Virus record (IMG/VR): IMGVR_UViG_3300021963_007890
Coordinates: 32,001-96,000 of that record
Origin: a virus
Reading direction: 5' to 3' (one strand)
DNA: 64,000 bases
Numbering within the stretch: position 1 is the first letter of the stretch; every line of letters starts with the position of its first letter. Made by a program: the position numbers and the translations under genes. The notes beneath the pieces are model-generated. The model made no database searches. It saw only the letters and a list, made by a program, of their open reading frames with translations, and was not told the DNA's origin. Positions 1-13,000 of this stretch are shown one piece after another.

Positions 1-186
1 ACTGGCCCACAGGGCGTTACTGGCCCGCAAGGACCGCAGGGCGTTACTGGCCCGCAAGGACCACAAGGAGTAACTGGCCCGCAAGGACCAGAAGGAGTTC
101 AGGGACCGCAAGGCGTAACTGGACCACAAGGCCCACAAGGCGTAACTGGACCAGAAGGACCTACCGGACCACAAGGTATAAAAGGC
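1..186 (+). repeat. Tandem 9/18/27-bp repeats encoding Gly-X-Y collagen triplets
   Basis: Repeated actggcccgcaagga / ggcgtaactggaccacaa units with synonymous variation. Confidence 0.9.
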
Positions 187-906
187 GATACTGGTACATT
201 AGAGGTAAGCCTAATTACCATAGGCAATACTATAACGAATACTGTAACAAATGTTACAGCACTAAGGTTTGATAGTGACAGTGGTTTTGACCTTATTAAT
301 CTAGGTGGCGGTGCTGCTAAAGTACAACTAAATTCTACATTTAAGTATTGGAATGTTGATGGTAATCCAGGACTTACAGCAGAAGGATTAGATACTGTTA
401 ATTTTATTGCCAGCACAGGCACTAGAATAATTGCTATAACTAGCGGAACTAATAAATCTATTACTTTTGCCGTCAAACCTGCAACTACATCTACCTTAGG
501 AGGTATCAAGGTTGGATCTGGTTTAGCTATCACTACAGATGGTACCCTGAGTGCTACTGGCGGTGGTGGCGGTGGTGTAGCTTCAGGCGTTATAAGAACC
601 TTTAATATTTTAGGAGAATTTTGGAGTCCAGTGGCGGGCACCGCTGCTTATTTTGTAACTAGCGAAACTACATTAAGAAGTGTAAATCTAACTAATGGCA
701 CGGGCACAGTTGAACAAGATTTAATGGCAGGATTATATAGAAATGGTGCATTGATTGGTTTTTATATTCTACCAGCAGGCTACCAAAATTATTGGATAAA
801 TACCCCATCAACTACACTTTATGTAAATGATAGACTGACTGTGAGTATGGTTGCTGGAAAAGGTAATAACTTTACAATGGCTCTATTAAACATAGAGAAA
901 ATATAA
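1..906 (+). CDS. Collagen-repeat fibre protein, 5'-truncated (the ORF-track 631..906 is only its C-terminus)
   Basis: Frame +1 is open from base 1 to TAA at 904-906. It has (GPQ/GVT)n collagen triplets at 1-190 and a head/tail-fibre-like motif [26 protein letters not shown]. Confidence 0.85.
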   Translation, partial: TGPQGVTGPQGPQGVTGPQGPQGVTGPQGPEGVQGPQGVTGPQGPQGVTGPEGPTGPQGIKGDTGTLEVSLITIGNTITNTVTNVTALRFDSDSGFDLINLGGGAAKVQLNSTFKYWNVDGNPGLTAEGLDTVNFIASTGTRIIAITSGTNKSITFAVKPATTSTLGGIKVGSGLAITTDGTLSATGGGGGGVASGVIRTFNILGEFWSPVAGTAAYFVTSETTLRSVNLTNGTGTVEQDLMAGLYRNGALIGFYILPAGYQNYWINTPSTTLYVNDRLTVSMVAGKGNNFTMALLNIEKI

Positions 907-913
907 GAAAGTT

Positions 914-921
914 TATAAATA
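914..921 (+). promoter_or_regulatory. T4-type late promoter TATAAATA
   Basis: Exact T4 late -10 consensus, intergenic, upstream of the 969 ORF. Confidence 0.7.
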
Positions 922-968
922 AGATGAATAAAATAGGTTTCCAGATCGGAAAATTAGGAGAAATTTAA

Positions 969-3900
969 ATGGCAACACTGAATGAACTTGGTAGAAATAG
1001 TGCTAGTATTACATATGGACCATTTACAACGGGACAAGACTACTGGCCTACATTAGCATTATTTGATCAATGGATTAAAAATGATGCGATGCAGGGTATT
1101 GTTACTGCCTCAAGTACAACAATTACAGGCGTAGGAACAATTTTCCTAACCCAACTAAGAGCCGGTGATGTAATTATGGTAGCAGGGCAGCTTAGAACTA
1201 TTGCTGCTGTTGCCTCTGATACATCTGCTACAGTTACAGCAGCATTTAATCCTGCGATTACAGTTGCAGCTACGATGTATCATATTAATAACACATTCGG
1301 TGGAAGTAATGGTGCTCTAGCAGGTACAGTGGCTATCAGTGTTAAGAACAGTACTAGCGGTGTTGTCAGTGTTACAGCAGGTTCAGCAACGGTTACGGGT
1401 GTAGGAACTTATTTCTTATCAGATTGTACTAATAGCGTAACTACAGCCGCAGTATCAGGAACAGTTGCAGTAGATACTAGTGGTAACGTCACTGGAACTG
1501 GAACTACCTTTGCTACAGGTGCTGATGGAGCAGCAAATAGATTACAACCAGGTGATAGTGTAATTATAGGTACATCATACCACGTAGTTGTTAGTGTAGC
1601 AAATGATACAACAGCAGTAGTTACTCCAGCACCGGCAGTTGCTATAGGTGCAGGAGCAAGTATAGCAAAAGCTCTCAATGGAGCATCTGGTAGACAAGTT
1701 ATCATTAATGGTAGAGTACGTAGTATTATTTCTATCACTAATAACAATCAACTGATATTAAATGCAGCACTAGACTTTACAGATAGTAATATTAAAATGA
1801 GAACCTTGCCTAGAGGCACAGTGAGCGTAGCAGCTGGGTCACAAGCAGTCACTGGTTCCGGCACAAACTTTAGCTGGGATTGTGTCTCCGGTGATCAAAT
1901 TTGGTTCGGCGATGAATTGAGAACTATGACATTTAGCTCAGGTGCTACTACATCAGCAACAATAACAGATTATACTGGATTCTCAGGAACTGCTATTAAC
2001 CAATTAAGACAGGCAGTGACAGGAATTCCTTTCTATCGTGACGATACATATTTTACCGGTTCGGGTTCTAATTATCTCAATGAACTACGTGTAAATGATG
2101 AATTAATGATTGACGGAACCAAAGTACAGGTTACAGCTATTATCAGTTCAACCAGTTTTAGAGTAGCTATGCCATTTACTCATACCTGTACAACTAGCAA
2201 TGTTTGGAAGTTGAAAAAATTACACGGCTATGTTATGGAAGGTACTAGGGAAGGTGCTGCGGCAGGTGGTAAATTAAGTATAGGTACAACTCTAGCAACA
2301 ACAGCTGGCTCAATTGCACTGGCAGGACAAACCACTATTGCTGTAGCCAGCACAGCCAGTATGACAGCTTTTGGTATAGTCAAGGTTGTAGGAGGAGGTG
2401 GCCCACCAGTAGCTCTAAACGGACAGGTTACTGCCTCTGGTAGTACTGTTAGCGGTGTTAATACATTGTTTACTACTCAGCTTCATATTGGTGCTGAAAT
2501 TGTAATTTCTGGACAATATGCTGTTGTCACAGCTATTACCAATGATGTTACACTTACAGTTGCCCAAACATTAACTGTAGGAGCACTTACACCCATTTAT
2601 AGACCACAACCTCTATATACTTACATTTTATCAATTGGAACTGGAGCTATTACAATAGGTACACCACTTAAAAATACTTTATATAGCACTGGTGTAGGAA
2701 CAGCAGCTCCTTTGATTTACACCCATGCTGCTAATACAGACTTTATTGAGTTTATATATAGTGCCCCTAATTATGCTGCTGATAATTTAACAGGTGGCGG
2801 TACAGCTACATTAAGTAATACCAGTTTAGATAGAAAATATTTTGGTATTAGATATTACCCACAACAACAAGGTGGTGGTTCGGGAACTGCTTTTGCAACA
2901 GCAGGTAGTGCTTATAATATAACAGTTTATGAACGTTGGGCAGCAGGTTATGCAAGTTCAAATGGGGTTGGTATTAACCAAGCAGATTTAAGTGGTGGTA
3001 CTCATGCATTGACTAACACAGCACCGAACTTTTACGGTCCAGATCTAACAAGTATGACACAGGTATCAGGTGGATTTTTATACTTGTTCGCTCATCCTCG
3101 CTATTTTGCCATTCAAGGTAAGACCTTTAGTAACGCACAACAGCGCTGGCTAGGCTGTATTGAATTTGAGCGTGCTCAACCAGAAGATACTGGAACTGGT
3201 CTTGGTTCAACAGCAGGTGTTACATTTAATGCTGGTGCTCCATTACAGTCCGCTGGTGGTACTGGTCAAAATATTCCTGCTCTTAATATTGCTCCATGGC
3301 CCTGTTTTGCCTATTTTAACGGTGAAAGATTCCCAATAGGTGGATCACAACAACCAACACTACCTGTGAGTCAGACACACGGTGTACACGGTATGTTATT
3401 TGCTGTACCTAGGGTTCGTTGCTCAACAGGTGATTTAACTGGACTAAATGCTCATATATATACCGCTTGTACCATTACTACGGGTGCATGGGGTCATATG
3501 ATCGAGTTTATAGGATCTGGTGCTTATCAGTCAGCAGGTACACCTGCACTAGGTGCTCTAGGTGCGCAGGCAGCAGGTGCTGTTCCTCAATTACACATGG
3601 GTCAGATTGTCCCTGTATATACAAACGTCTATAATAGTAAGAGATTTATGTTTAGTCCGGTAGTAGTATTAGGACCAAAATATGATCCAGATATCCGTGG
3701 TAGAATTTATGGTTTGAAGGTTATTCCAAGTGCTTTAGGTACATTAATGGATACTGTTAGCGTTACGATTGACAGCAACTTCTTCTATAATGCCGCAGGT
3801 ACGGCCACTGACCATTGGGTATTAACAGCATCAGTTAACACTGTTCAATTCTCACTGGCTGGAACTTCAGTATCGCAGCAATTTAGGTCATTAGAAGTTA

Positions 3901-3971
3901 ACACCACACCTGGTGCTAACCAAAATAATACTTCAGCTGCTAACAACTTTAGATTCGCTTTACCGGCCTAA
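969..3971 (+). CDS. Virion structural / tail-fibre-like protein with repeated beta modules
   Basis: 1000 aa, Thr/Gly/Ala-rich. About six copies of 'S.TVTG.GT.F.T.L..GD.I...G..R.V.AI'. SD AGGAG upstream. Confidence 0.7.
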   Translation: MATLNELGRNSASITYGPFTTGQDYWPTLALFDQWIKNDAMQGIVTASSTTITGVGTIFLTQLRAGDVIMVAGQLRTIAAVASDTSATVTAAFNPAITVAATMYHINNTFGGSNGALAGTVAISVKNSTSGVVSVTAGSATVTGVGTYFLSDCTNSVTTAAVSGTVAVDTSGNVTGTGTTFATGADGAANRLQPGDSVIIGTSYHVVVSVANDTTAVVTPAPAVAIGAGASIAKALNGASGRQVIINGRVRSIISITNNNQLILNAALDFTDSNIKMRTLPRGTVSVAAGSQAVTGSGTNFSWDCVSGDQIWFGDELRTMTFSSGATTSATITDYTGFSGTAINQLRQAVTGIPFYRDDTYFTGSGSNYLNELRVNDELMIDGTKVQVTAIISSTSFRVAMPFTHTCTTSNVWKLKKLHGYVMEGTREGAAAGGKLSIGTTLATTAGSIALAGQTTIAVASTASMTAFGIVKVVGGGGPPVALNGQVTASGSTVSGVNTLFTTQLHIGAEIVISGQYAVVTAITNDVTLTVAQTLTVGALTPIYRPQPLYTYILSIGTGAITIGTPLKNTLYSTGVGTAAPLIYTHAANTDFIEFIYSAPNYAADNLTGGGTATLSNTSLDRKYFGIRYYPQQQGGGSGTAFATAGSAYNITVYERWAAGYASSNGVGINQADLSGGTHALTNTAPNFYGPDLTSMTQVSGGFLYLFAHPRYFAIQGKTFSNAQQRWLGCIEFERAQPEDTGTGLGSTAGVTFNAGAPLQSAGGTGQNIPALNIAPWPCFAYFNGERFPIGGSQQPTLPVSQTHGVHGMLFAVPRVRCSTGDLTGLNAHIYTACTITTGAWGHMIEFIGSGAYQSAGTPALGALGAQAAGAVPQLHMGQIVPVYTNVYNSKRFMFSPVVVLGPKYDPDIRGRIYGLKVIPSALGTLMDTVSVTIDSNFFYNAAGTATDHWVLTASVNTVQFSLAGTSVSQQFRSLEVNTTPGANQNNTSAANNFRFALPA

Positions 3972-3987
3972 AGTTTATAGACCTATT

Positions 3988-4020
3988 AAAAATACCCGTT
4001 CAAGTAACGGGTATTTTTTT
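3988..4020 (+). terminator. Rho-independent terminator
   Basis: AAAAATACCCGTT-caagt-AACGGGTATTTTTTT stem-loop with U-tract. Confidence 0.85.
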
Positions 4021-4037
4021 GACTAAATATTGAAATT

Positions 4038-7000
4038 ATGCCTGCGACTGTATTCCCTGCTACTGGTTATTCTGTAAGAATAAGTGCTACTGATGATATA
4101 ACCAGTAACGCAGCGGCTTGGTATCTCAATGATTTAAATCAACTGACAACTACAGTCAACACTGCCACAAATAAAACTTTTTATTTTGAAAATGATGTTG
4201 CTACAATTGGCACATTTACTGAAGTTAGGATTTATACATCAAGTACTGTACAGGTCAATTACGATTTAACAACGTACAATATTATATCTAACGATGAAAG
4301 CACAAGTAATTTCATACCTTATTATACTAATGAGCTTAATTTACTTACTTCTATAAGAAATTCACCGCAGATTAGAACTTTTTTTATTAATAATTATAAT
4401 AACATAAATTTAGGTAATTTTGTAAGAGTTAGAATTACAGGCCCATTATATTCAGAAGAAATCGATGTAATAAGAAAAACTAATACCAGTTTTACCATAG
4501 CACTACCCTCTAATTGGCCAGCAAACAGTACAGGATTTACAGTTAGTTTAGGGAGATATGATTTTGTCCCTACCAACCCTTACAGTCAGGTTATATCTGT
4601 AACTAGTAGTACTAGTAGATCATTTAATTTAACAAAGCCTGTAGGTTTTCCAGAAGTTGGTGCTGCAATATATGCGATCATTCCTAGCGGAGCTTATTCT
4701 ATAAGTGATCCAGTTGGTGTTAATGCTAGACTAGATTCTGCATCTTTGAATAAAAATATAGGGAAAATAAATCAACCAGTCGGTATCAATCCTACTTTGT
4801 CGATATTTAAAGGTATAAAAGTAGAACTAAAAAATGATCAAACTAAAAACACTTTTGCATCAACAAAAGTGCCTTTGATTGTAAAAGATCCTACTATTAT
4901 TCCCAGCAGACAGATCACAGTTTCAACCTCAAGTATAATACAATATATAGATTATCCTATAAGAATAACAGGCAGTGACCTTGCTAGAAACTTTGATCTG
5001 TCATGGTACATAAAAGACGAAAATACATTATCTTTAATTTTATCAACATCAAATAGTGTTACCTATAGCTTTGTTAACCCAAATGACCCTTTTAGGTTAG
5101 GAACCTATACTAAGGCTAAATTAATTGGACAATCTTATGAAAAGGTAATAGATGTTGTAACAAATACTAATAATTCTATTACTGTTTTAAAGCTACCTGA
5201 ATTTCCTTTATTGAGTCAACTCAGTGTGTATCTAGGTAATCCAATTGTGGTTACAAATACAACTTTAACTGACTCAAATCAGGTTCCTGTAATTCGGCAA
5301 TTTAAGTCACCTGCGGTTGAATCAAAATCAAATTTACCTTCTGCTCTCATCAATAAATCTGGCATAAAAATTGCAGGTGAAAATACAAGATTTAGATCAG
5401 AACAGATTAGACAACAAAGTCTTCTTCGTGAACCCATTACTGTTCCCGCAAGAACTGTAACCTATACAAATTTTACCAATACTGTTTATTCTGATCTAAT
5501 AAGAGTAACTGGTCGTTCTGGTATAACCAGCAATGCTTCGACTTATTATGTTTTTGAATCTAATCAATTAATAGTAACAAGAACTACTAGCAATTTCGTC
5601 ACACTATTTTTTGTTAATCCCAATAACAACCAGTCAATTGGTCCTGTTTCAACCGTGAGATTGTTAGGCCCAAGATTTGAAGCAACGGTCAGTGTTCAAA
5701 GTTATACTAATGATAGCGTAACTATAGCAGACATTTTTAAATTTTATGATATACAAAGTCAAAATCCTTTTGGGGATTTGTTTATACGATTAGGCGTAAA
5801 TTTTGTAGACAGAACTGTCGGTTACACAAATACAAACCAAATAGGTCAGATAAATTTATTTAAAACTAATGCTATAACAGGCGTTTCTCACTCATTGAGT
5901 GTACCTAAACTTACATCAAGTATAGTTTTGCGTGATACTAGAATAAGATTTACTCATACTGATTTTAGAACAGTTTCTAAAGTAATAGGTGAATCAAGAA
6001 TATTTAGAATTGAGCAAACTCAAAAAACTCAAATACAAATCAAAGAGCCAATCGTTCTACCGTCGAGAACAATTACTTCATCAACCTTTACAACTACGAT
6101 ATTTTCTGATTTAATACGTATAACTGGAAATACAGGTATTAGTAATAATTTTAATAATTATTATATCTACGAAAATAACCAAATAACATTTACAAGATCG
6201 ACATCTAGTTCTGTAACATTATTTTTTAATAATAACAACCAAAACTTTGGTAATATATTAATTGCTAGATTAATCAGTCCTGCGTTTGATATTACAATAA
6301 ATGTTCAGTCATATACTAATAATAGTATCACAGTTGCTAACATATTTGGATTTGGTGATTCTCAGTCTCAAAATACAATTAACGATTTATATGTAAGATT
6401 AGGTATAAATTTCCTAGATAAAACATCAACACTTTCAGATGCAGGACGAGTGGCTCTGATAAATCCGTTAAAGATTCCCGTTGCTTTAAGCTCTAGAGTT
6501 GATCAGGTTGGAAAAACAAAATTAAAAGATAGTAATTTTTCTACAATAGAGATACCTAGAGTCAGTACATATAAAAATGTAACAAGTCTCAGAGATACTA
6601 TATCATATACTCCACAGCCTATAAGTATACCGGCATCAACGGCAACTATATATAGTCCATTAATAGATATTACTGGTAAAGTTGAATCAACTAGTTCTTT
6701 TATTTCATACTATATAAATGAAGAAAATAGTTTCAGGACTTTTACAACTACAACAAGTACAATAACTTTATTATATTCAGGTTTTAATGTATGGACACCC
6801 AATCCTACAGTAATAAAATTATTTGCTTATCAAACGATTGATAATATAGAAAGCCTACGTTACGAAACTACACTACCAATTTTGGCTATCACTAGTCAAA
6901 GCGTTACAATAAATTGGGTTAGAGACAATTACAAATTAAGGGCACAGTTAGGTCGTACAATAAGTTTTTCAAGCGGAACTTATGCCAACTATTATACAAG

Positions 7001-10000
7001 TGGATTGGCAGTGGCCAACATTACAACACCTAATTACAGAGCCACTAGTCAACAGGTTTTTTCTATAGGAACTTCAGGAAAGTTACAAACGCAGTCTCCT
7101 AAATTGTCAACTAGTATTACACCATTGGCAGTAAGCAGATTTAAACAAGAGATAGTTATAAAAGGTGAAGGGAGAACTTTTGCTCAACGTAGCACCATTG
7201 TTACAACATCGACTAATTTAATATTAGATCCGTTTCCAATATATATCTATGGAAATTCTCTAACTACAAGCACGGCTGTAAAATGGTATTATAATGAAGA
7301 AAATATTTTAGGAACATTTAATTCTACTTCAACATTAATTACCTTGTATTTTGGTGTGTTACCAATTTATCAACAATCCACTGCACCTTTTATAAAATTG
7401 TTTGCTCCTAATGGTGGATTTGAAAATATATACCCTGTAGTAACATCTACTATAGATAGTGTAACCATACAAAGTATAGGAATATTTCCTAGCATAAGCG
7501 GCATGTACTTTAATTGGGCAAGAACAAGACAGACAGAAACCTACAGATATAGTGATGTTGGACATACTCCGCAACTGAACTCTCAAACTTTTAGACAATT
7601 CCAAGATCCTAACACAAATAAAATATATTCAAGTTTTACCAGCACCGAACAAGGCTGGGTAGTATACGACAGACGTGTAACTGATATTGCCTATGTAGGT
7701 ACATCCACTGAGCTTATATTAAATGCTCCTATTATTATACCAGAACAAGGTACATTTGCCAAAATTCAGTATGTTAACAGTAATTACTATGAAAGTGTAG
7801 TTAATAGGCGGGCGATAAGATTTAATGGTTCAGATACATCAATACAATTTTCTGCTAGCACAGTAATAGGAATACCACAAACTACAAGAACTCCTATAAT
7901 GGCTGAGGCCTGGATAAACTTAGATGCAGCAGAAGGCTGTATTATAATGAGTGAGGAATATTCAGGAGGTGCTGATCCAATAAATCTTACACTGGCAGTA
8001 GGAGGTAGTGCCCCTACATCTCCAGGTACACAGGTTTGGTTTGGATTTTATGATGGTGTTAGTTGGACCTACGCTCTAACGAATAAATCATTGCTCGCAG
8101 GACAATGGTATCATGTTGCTGGACAATTTGATGGAACTCAAATAAAGATATACATTAATGGGTATCAAGATGGTACTGTAGTTACACCAGCAGGTGGTTG
8201 GCATCAGCCTGGGGCAATAACTAGTTTTTTCATTGGACGCAGATGGGACACATTTCCAGGAGATGGACAAAGACCTTTCTTTAAAGGATTGATATATCAA
8301 GCTAGAATAGTTATGGGACAACTTGTTTATACAAAGGATTTTGTTCCACCTTTGAATACTCGTGTTGGAGAAAACTCAGGAGGCACAAGATTTTTAGCCT
8401 GTTCTGTGCCTATAAGTCAACCTCAGTTATATGTTGAATTTCCTAGAACAGGAAACTATACAGTCAACGGCGCTATCCGTGCAGATGCGGCAACTATTCC
8501 TCCTCGTTATGTATATGATGCATACCCTGAGGAAATATATGAGATAAACAGCGCAACTTCTACAAGGATATACCTTAAAGGAAATATAGCATATAGACCT
8601 ATTGTTAACACAGAATATCTAAGAGATAATTTATTTGATAGACCAATTAATAGGTTTGATATATATTTTCTAGGAATAAGTAAAAATTATCCTGTAATAA
8701 AATCTAGTTCTACTAATGTAACCACATCTATTACTATAGGATCTTTGAGACAATCTATTCCAAAACTAGCTTATGGGATAGAAATACCGCAGGTCGGTAA
8801 GGCAGCAAGTATACCTAAATTACGTGAAACTCTAGGATTTTTTAGCAAATCAATTAGCAGTATCACGTCTTCAACTCAATTAGTTTTTAATCCTACACCA
8901 TTGCCAGTTTATGGAATTACAAGATCAACATCAACATTTGTTTCATATTACATCAATGAAACTAATACTATTCAGGTTTTACCGGTAGGATCAGCATTTA
9001 CAACTTTATACTTGGGCAACAATCCAGAATACTTTAGAGTGTTGGGAACTGTTATTAGAATTGTCAATCCTAACGTAGGTTATGATCGTCAATTCAACAT
9101 TGTAAGCTCTACATTAGAAACAGTTACAATAGCTTTTGCCAACGACCTTCCTAGTGTTAGCGGAATGTTACTGTATTACGGTAGTGTACAAACCAGTTAT
9201 CCTAGTGTAAATTACACAGACAGTAATATGGTTGGGAAGATTAGCAAAAATACTGTAGGTGCTTCCTTTATTGAAATTAGACCTGATCAAGCAGGAGCTG
9301 TTAAGCAAAGTATTTTGGTTAAATCAGATAATATTAGGTTTACTCAAAGTCAACTTGAAAAGAAATTTACGCAACTAAGGGGCGGTATTGAAGTTCCAAA
9401 AACCCAGAGATTATCTACAGTAACTAAAGTAGGTGATCCGGGTATATATCAAAATCCAACCTATACGGTTTCAACTAGTTCTGAGTTATTATTTTATAAC
9501 ACAGTTAATATAACAGGAAGACTAGCATCAACATCTAGTTTTATTACCTATTATACATATGAAAATAACACGATTAGAACATTCACTACTTCTAGTGTCC
9601 AAAAAGTTTTTTATTTAAGTGAATATGTAAGAACTGATTTAGGGTTAAGTCATATAAGATTACAAAATTATAGATTTGACAGCGGTGTAGATAATCTTAT
9701 ATTTGATAGAATTTTTCCAATAACATCTCTTTCTTCAAGCAGTGTAACCTTTAACTTTGTAGGAGATTTACCTGAAGGTAGTTATCGTGGATCTCTAGGT
9801 AGATATATCACTTCATACAACCAGATATTTTCAGGAACCAATAGTGTTTCATTACTAGGTATATATAGAACACCTGTTGTAGGATCTTATCAGACTCCTG
9901 GAATCAGTCAAATTGAAAAGAGGCTGATTGTGCTTAGAGATTTTGTGCCAAGTATTTCTACAGGGATGATGGGACAAAGCACTAAAATAAAGCTAGCAGG

Positions 10001-13000
10001 TGATAGATCTTATAGTAATCCAATTGTTATATCAACATCTAATAGCAGTTTACTTTTCTTAGATCCTGTTAACATATCTGGTAGATCAGGTACTACTAGT
10101 AATTTTGTCACAGTCTACATTAGAGAAGAAGAAATAGTTCGCACGTTTGCCAGCACCAGTGCAAATATTACCTTATATTTTGATAGGCCTATTCAGGTAA
10201 CCGGCGATTATACAGTTGCTAGGTTAACTAATTTTGTTGATTATAATTATACCGCCACCATTGTCAGTGTTACTAACCAAAGCGTTACTATTGTCAATCC
10301 TAATGCGCCTATTATTCCTAACAGCGGTATAACAGTATATCTTGGTAAAATATGGCCAGGAGAACAATTCCGTAGGATCACCTATGATAGTGCTCTACAA
10401 ATACCAGGCATTAATAGATTCAGAATGCCTAATACCTTGCCATCTGTTGGTATGAGCACTATAGAAATTCCATCAGGCATTGGCAAATTAACTACTGCTA
10501 CTCCTTTAAGATATATTTCTAACATTAATAGATTTACAATAAATCAAATTCGTGTTGTAACTAGCTTAAGATCTGAAAAAAATGCCGAACCACAAAGAAC
10601 TAGAACAGTAACAACAGCATCAAGCATATCATACGATCCTTATGCTTACAGAATTTATGGAACAAACCTTAGTACCAGCACAGCAGTTAAATGGTATTAC
10701 AATGAAGAAAATATTTTAACTACATTCTTTACCACATCAACTACATTAATTTTAAATTTAGGTATTTTGCCATTGAGCTTACAGGCGCAATCAAGAAATA
10801 CACACATAAAATTAACAAATGGTATAGGATATGATGAACAATTTACAATTACAAATTATACGGCAGAAACAGTGTCAATTAATATGCCTATTAATTTGCC
10901 AAGTATATCTTCTTTAACCTTATATTTCGGTTCATTAAGATCGTTTGAAACGGTGGTATGGTCTGATAATAGCCAAATAGCAAAGTTTAATTATAAATGG
11001 ACAAATTGGTTCTCACAAAACCAACAAGATAGAGGAGTCCTAAGTAGACAAGTTGTTTCTTTAAAATCGGTTATTGATCAAACCAAACTTAGTCTCATAC
11101 AAAAGCCTGTAAATTATTTAAAGAGCAGTATAGAAGTTCCTAATACAGCTAAAGTCACTGCTCCCATAATCATTAAGGAAGTAGGTAGGTATACCCCACG
11201 CACAATTAGCATAACAACTGCACAAAATATCTTGTATGTTGGACCCTTTGATGCTACGGGTAGAATAGGTAGTACTAGTAGTTTTGTAACAAACTATATA
11301 TTCGATACCGAATTATTAACAACTTCCATTTATACTGGATCTATTGTTACTCTGTTCTTCAGTAATTATTATGCTCAACCAAGTGAAGGTTTTAATACAG
11401 TTAGAGTACAAGGTATAAACGGTCTACAGGAAGCTGTTGATTTTGACTTGACATTGCCTATCACAACTTTAACTAATTATTCTGTAAGTTTTAATATAAA
11501 AGGTCTACCTTTCTCTAGCAGATATAAAATATTCCTTGGTAGGCCTATAGTAACAACTTCTGTATCAGTCAGCGACAGTAACCGAGTAGAATCAATTAAT
11601 AGAGTTAAAAATTATCAAGGATTTAGTGCGGTAGAAACACCAAGAATAAGTCAACTCAACAAGAGCTCAATAGTAGTTAAAGATTTTACTAATAATATAC
11701 GTTTAGGACAGGCTAAGTCCTTGACTAAAATAGCAGGTGATAGGTCTTATAGTGTATCTACATCAACTATTGTATTTTCGACACAGACTATATATCAAGA
11801 TCCGGTACCAATTACAGGAATTAATAGGTCACAGACTAACTTTGTCCAAACCTACATTAATGATCAAGATTTAGTTAATATCAGTTATAATACCAGTTCT
11901 ATTATTACACTATTCTTGGCACAAGGTATTCAATATACTGGTCAGGCAACAACAGTTAAGATAGTAAGGTATAGTTCCGGATCTTATGTAAACAATAGAT
12001 TTACAATAACCAATACTGAGTTCGAATCTGATTATCCTATTATTAGCTATTCTACAAACACAATAACCATTAATGCAGGTTTGAATAGCTTCATTGATTA
12101 TCTTAGACCTCTTGCAGCCTATGTAGGTCAACCCTTTACGACTTCCAGTGCTATAAGATATACTAACACTAGCACATTGGCTGTGGCAGTGGCTGGATAT
12201 AAGCCAACTATAGGAATCACCGGATTCGCTATAAGCACTATAACAGCAAAAGTATCTAGTGGTCTAGTTATTAAAGGATTGCCTAGCTCTCTTAAAGTTG
12301 AAAACTTTAAACCTAAATCTACTGCGGTTGTAAAGTCATTTGCTGATAATATTAAAACAGGGCGTGCTGTAACTATTCCTACAGTAAGAGATGGATATTA
12401 TCCTAATTTAACATCTAGAACAAGAACAGTAACTACGAACACAACCATAGTCTACGATGCTCAGATTTTTAGAATTTATGGTACCAATTTATCTACTAGC
12501 ACCTTTGTAAACAATTATATATTTGAAAATGATATCGTTACAACCTACACACAGAGTACATCTACTATTACATTATTTGTCGGTAGTCTTCCTATAATAG
12601 CACCGGCTCAAGGACTATATGTAAGAATAACAGATTTAGGCAGTTTCAATACTGTTACACAGGTATTAAGCAGAGGATCGGGGCATGTAGTAATCAATAC
12701 TCCAGACAATTTGCCTAGCATCAGTAATTTATATCTATACCTAGGCGCGATGACCAATGTAGAGACTATTGCCTATTCAGATACAAATTATACAGAATTA
12801 AATTTATTCAACGATATTACCGCAGGTATTGCCTATAGAAAAGATCAAATAACTTATCCTACATTTGTCCCTAGAGCCTATTCGTTTACAGGCACTACTA
12901 CAGCATTGACCCTGGGATTCAGTTATCTACAAGGGCAACAATCATTTACAACACCTGGTACTTATTATTGGACAGCACCTCCTGGTGTTACACAAGTCAG

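Noticed and set aside
1-186. Short tandem repeats as a possible CRISPR array
   Set aside because: The repeats are in-frame Gly-X-Y codons with no unique spacers. No CRISPR array was seen anywhere in the window.
99-641. Minus-strand 180-aa ORF and the many other antisense or nested ORFs in the track
   Set aside because: They are shadows of long plus-strand genes with clear motifs, and lack SDs or recognisable domains.
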